Virus record (IMG/VR): IMGVR_UViG_3300005239_000040
Span: 1 to 38,130 of that record
Direction: 5' to 3' (one strand)
DNA: 38,130 nucleotides
Origin: a virus
Taxonomy: Duplodnaviria > Caudoviricetes
The notes under the pieces were generated by a model, which had not been told where the DNA came from, searched no databases, and saw only the letters and a list, made by a program, of their open reading frames with translations. Below, in pieces: positions 37,901 to 38,130 of the stretch (its first letter is position 1; every line of letters begins with the position of its first letter). The position numbers were made by a program, and so were the translations under genes.

Positions 37901-38045
37901 TCCAAACGGTGTAACACTTAACACAGTAAACGAGAATAAGGTAAATGTAAATGCTGGTAAGTTTGCAATTGTTAGTGGTATTATCTACGGTGAGAAAGAT
38001 ATTATCTTAACCTCTACTCAAACTGATAGTGCAACCACAGGATAA
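34947..38045 (+). CDS. Long tail-fibre-like protein
   Basis: KDFVVKQNL, DAATLDGQNGSYY, TEGSTNLYYT repeats and DVATKAYVD..QGL.VK..VKAATT..DRVLVKDQT..ENGIY..TQFSGAG. Confidence 0.75.
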   Translation: MADSAKDFVVKQNLRVTGNIVSAGAGSVFTGDGAQLDNVDAATLDGQNGSYYRDADNLDTGTVNNLRLPATITKNLTGNVTGNVDATSGSGTVDADSGRFTTISGTTASFNSYNGVYGNFDTFDEVFDSSLTRKTTDNVTEGSTNLYYTSIRFDSNFGTKSTTDIGEGTNLYYTEARVDSDITTTINKAYVDALSINADQVDGVEASALVRNDQDGTIGANIQFTDGNELRIGTGNDTIIKHTGTQTKINHTGTGNLVFQADEQTRLTIEDDKTTVSGKLHTDSVTSTAVIEGFDIRVDNMLDIYESATGRIAGHLEGTGAEGLQIHYHSQIATEGLKIIAHDSDEEAGTTQIRLTFSDGISFENQRLKLVTDPVNNQDVATKAYVDNTSQGLVVKSGVKAATTVDLASVGGIGTVTYNNTAGPDSAVGSGFSFTGVLNALDGHTFTTNDRVLVKDQTNTFENGIYKWVNNTTLTRALDADQDSELGGGVFVFVENGSVNASNGYVTSHSGLTNVGTDAILWTQFSGAGFIEAGDALVKTGNVIDLNLSDGASGTSGLKVESDQLKINSGSGLQIVSNVLKVPDDGIKATMIDFGVGANQVSTDDVTEGSSSLYHTTARARDALNAGAGLSYDSASGVVSITNNLGANVGAFGSSTRIPVVTVTAEGLIDSIGTAAVAGVDSVGFDSSTGVIEVTLGDGSIKTAPIVLDAFTTANLAENTNLYYTDGRANTAIDARVDSAFVSPFARAAISVTGDGVSYEQGTGVITIQTLTNSFNVTQSNHGLREGHAVYEDDVAGWVKAYATDSGHQLASHVVVDFVDSNTFGIAQNGIFTLGETGNVSPALSLSAGEYYYTGNVDSGIPMSVQPGTSVQPLFYALSSTKIELNVEHAINVFSPDEPINVSRTTGNFTVSGNLKVEGLGVPRVTTLSSGDTYSFDSGNVAKIEFNADASLVFDSPGTTYDGAGFTILAKNTHGSNDYRLTLTTPNGVTLNTVNENKVNVNAGKFAIVSGIIYGEKDIILTSTQTDSATTG

Positions 38046-38051
38046 CTAAGA

Positions 38052-38130
38052 ATGACAATTAGTCTTATTGGCACACCGCCGGGTATTATAGGAAACATTA
38101 GTAATAAAAGATTATTACACTTTTTCTTAT
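38052..38130 (+). CDS. Start of next gene (3' truncated)
   Basis: ATG 6 nt after the previous stop, with the frame open to the window end (MTISLIGTPPGIIGNISNKRLLHFF). Confidence 0.5.
   Translation, partial: MTISLIGTPPGIIGNISNKRLLHFFL

Noticed and set aside
25132-38130. Diversity-generating retroelement targeting fibres
   Set aside because: No reverse transcriptase and no near-identical TR/VR nucleotide pair are visible in this window.
1-38130. CRISPR array, tRNA, rRNA or transposase
   Set aside because: Intergenic gaps are only tens of bases. No regularly spaced repeats, cloverleaf candidates or mobile-element ORFs were seen.
1-38130. Contractile injection system or tailocin rather than phage
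   Set aside because: gp32, gp2, gp4 and T4 late promoters indicate a bona fide T4-like phage genome.

Overview
The window is a fragment of an AT-rich T4-like myophage genome whose gene order resembles marine T4-like phages. It starts inside the ssDNA-binding gene gp32, followed by a bidirectional terminator. A minus-strand block encodes a tape measure/gp29-like protein, gp51, gp26, a gp54-like protein, gp2 and gp4. A long plus-strand late block encodes gp48, gp53, a gp27-like hub, a gp5 broken into several genes carrying cell-wall hydrolase domains, gp25, gp6, a gp7-like protein, a gp9/10-like protein, gp8, a VrlC-like protein and fibre-like proteins. TATAAATA late promoters precede the operons. 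Four signals stand out. (1) Asp-Ser (DS) dipeptides are strongly enriched in outer-baseplate and fibre proteins only, and these genes surround an AT-rich cassette encoding a GT-A glycosyltransferase and a 2OG-Fe(II) oxygenase-like protein. This suggests a candidate sequon-directed virion glycosylation system. (2) A U8 slippery site at the end of gp26 would fuse gp26 to gp51 by -1 frameshifting directly upstream of the tape measure gene, as in lambda G/GT. (3) The gp5 locus is fragmented and multi-enzyme. (4) CCWGG is almost completely avoided, visible in Pro-Gly codon choice. All assignments come from motif recognition and synteny, no database searches were run, and counts are by hand.
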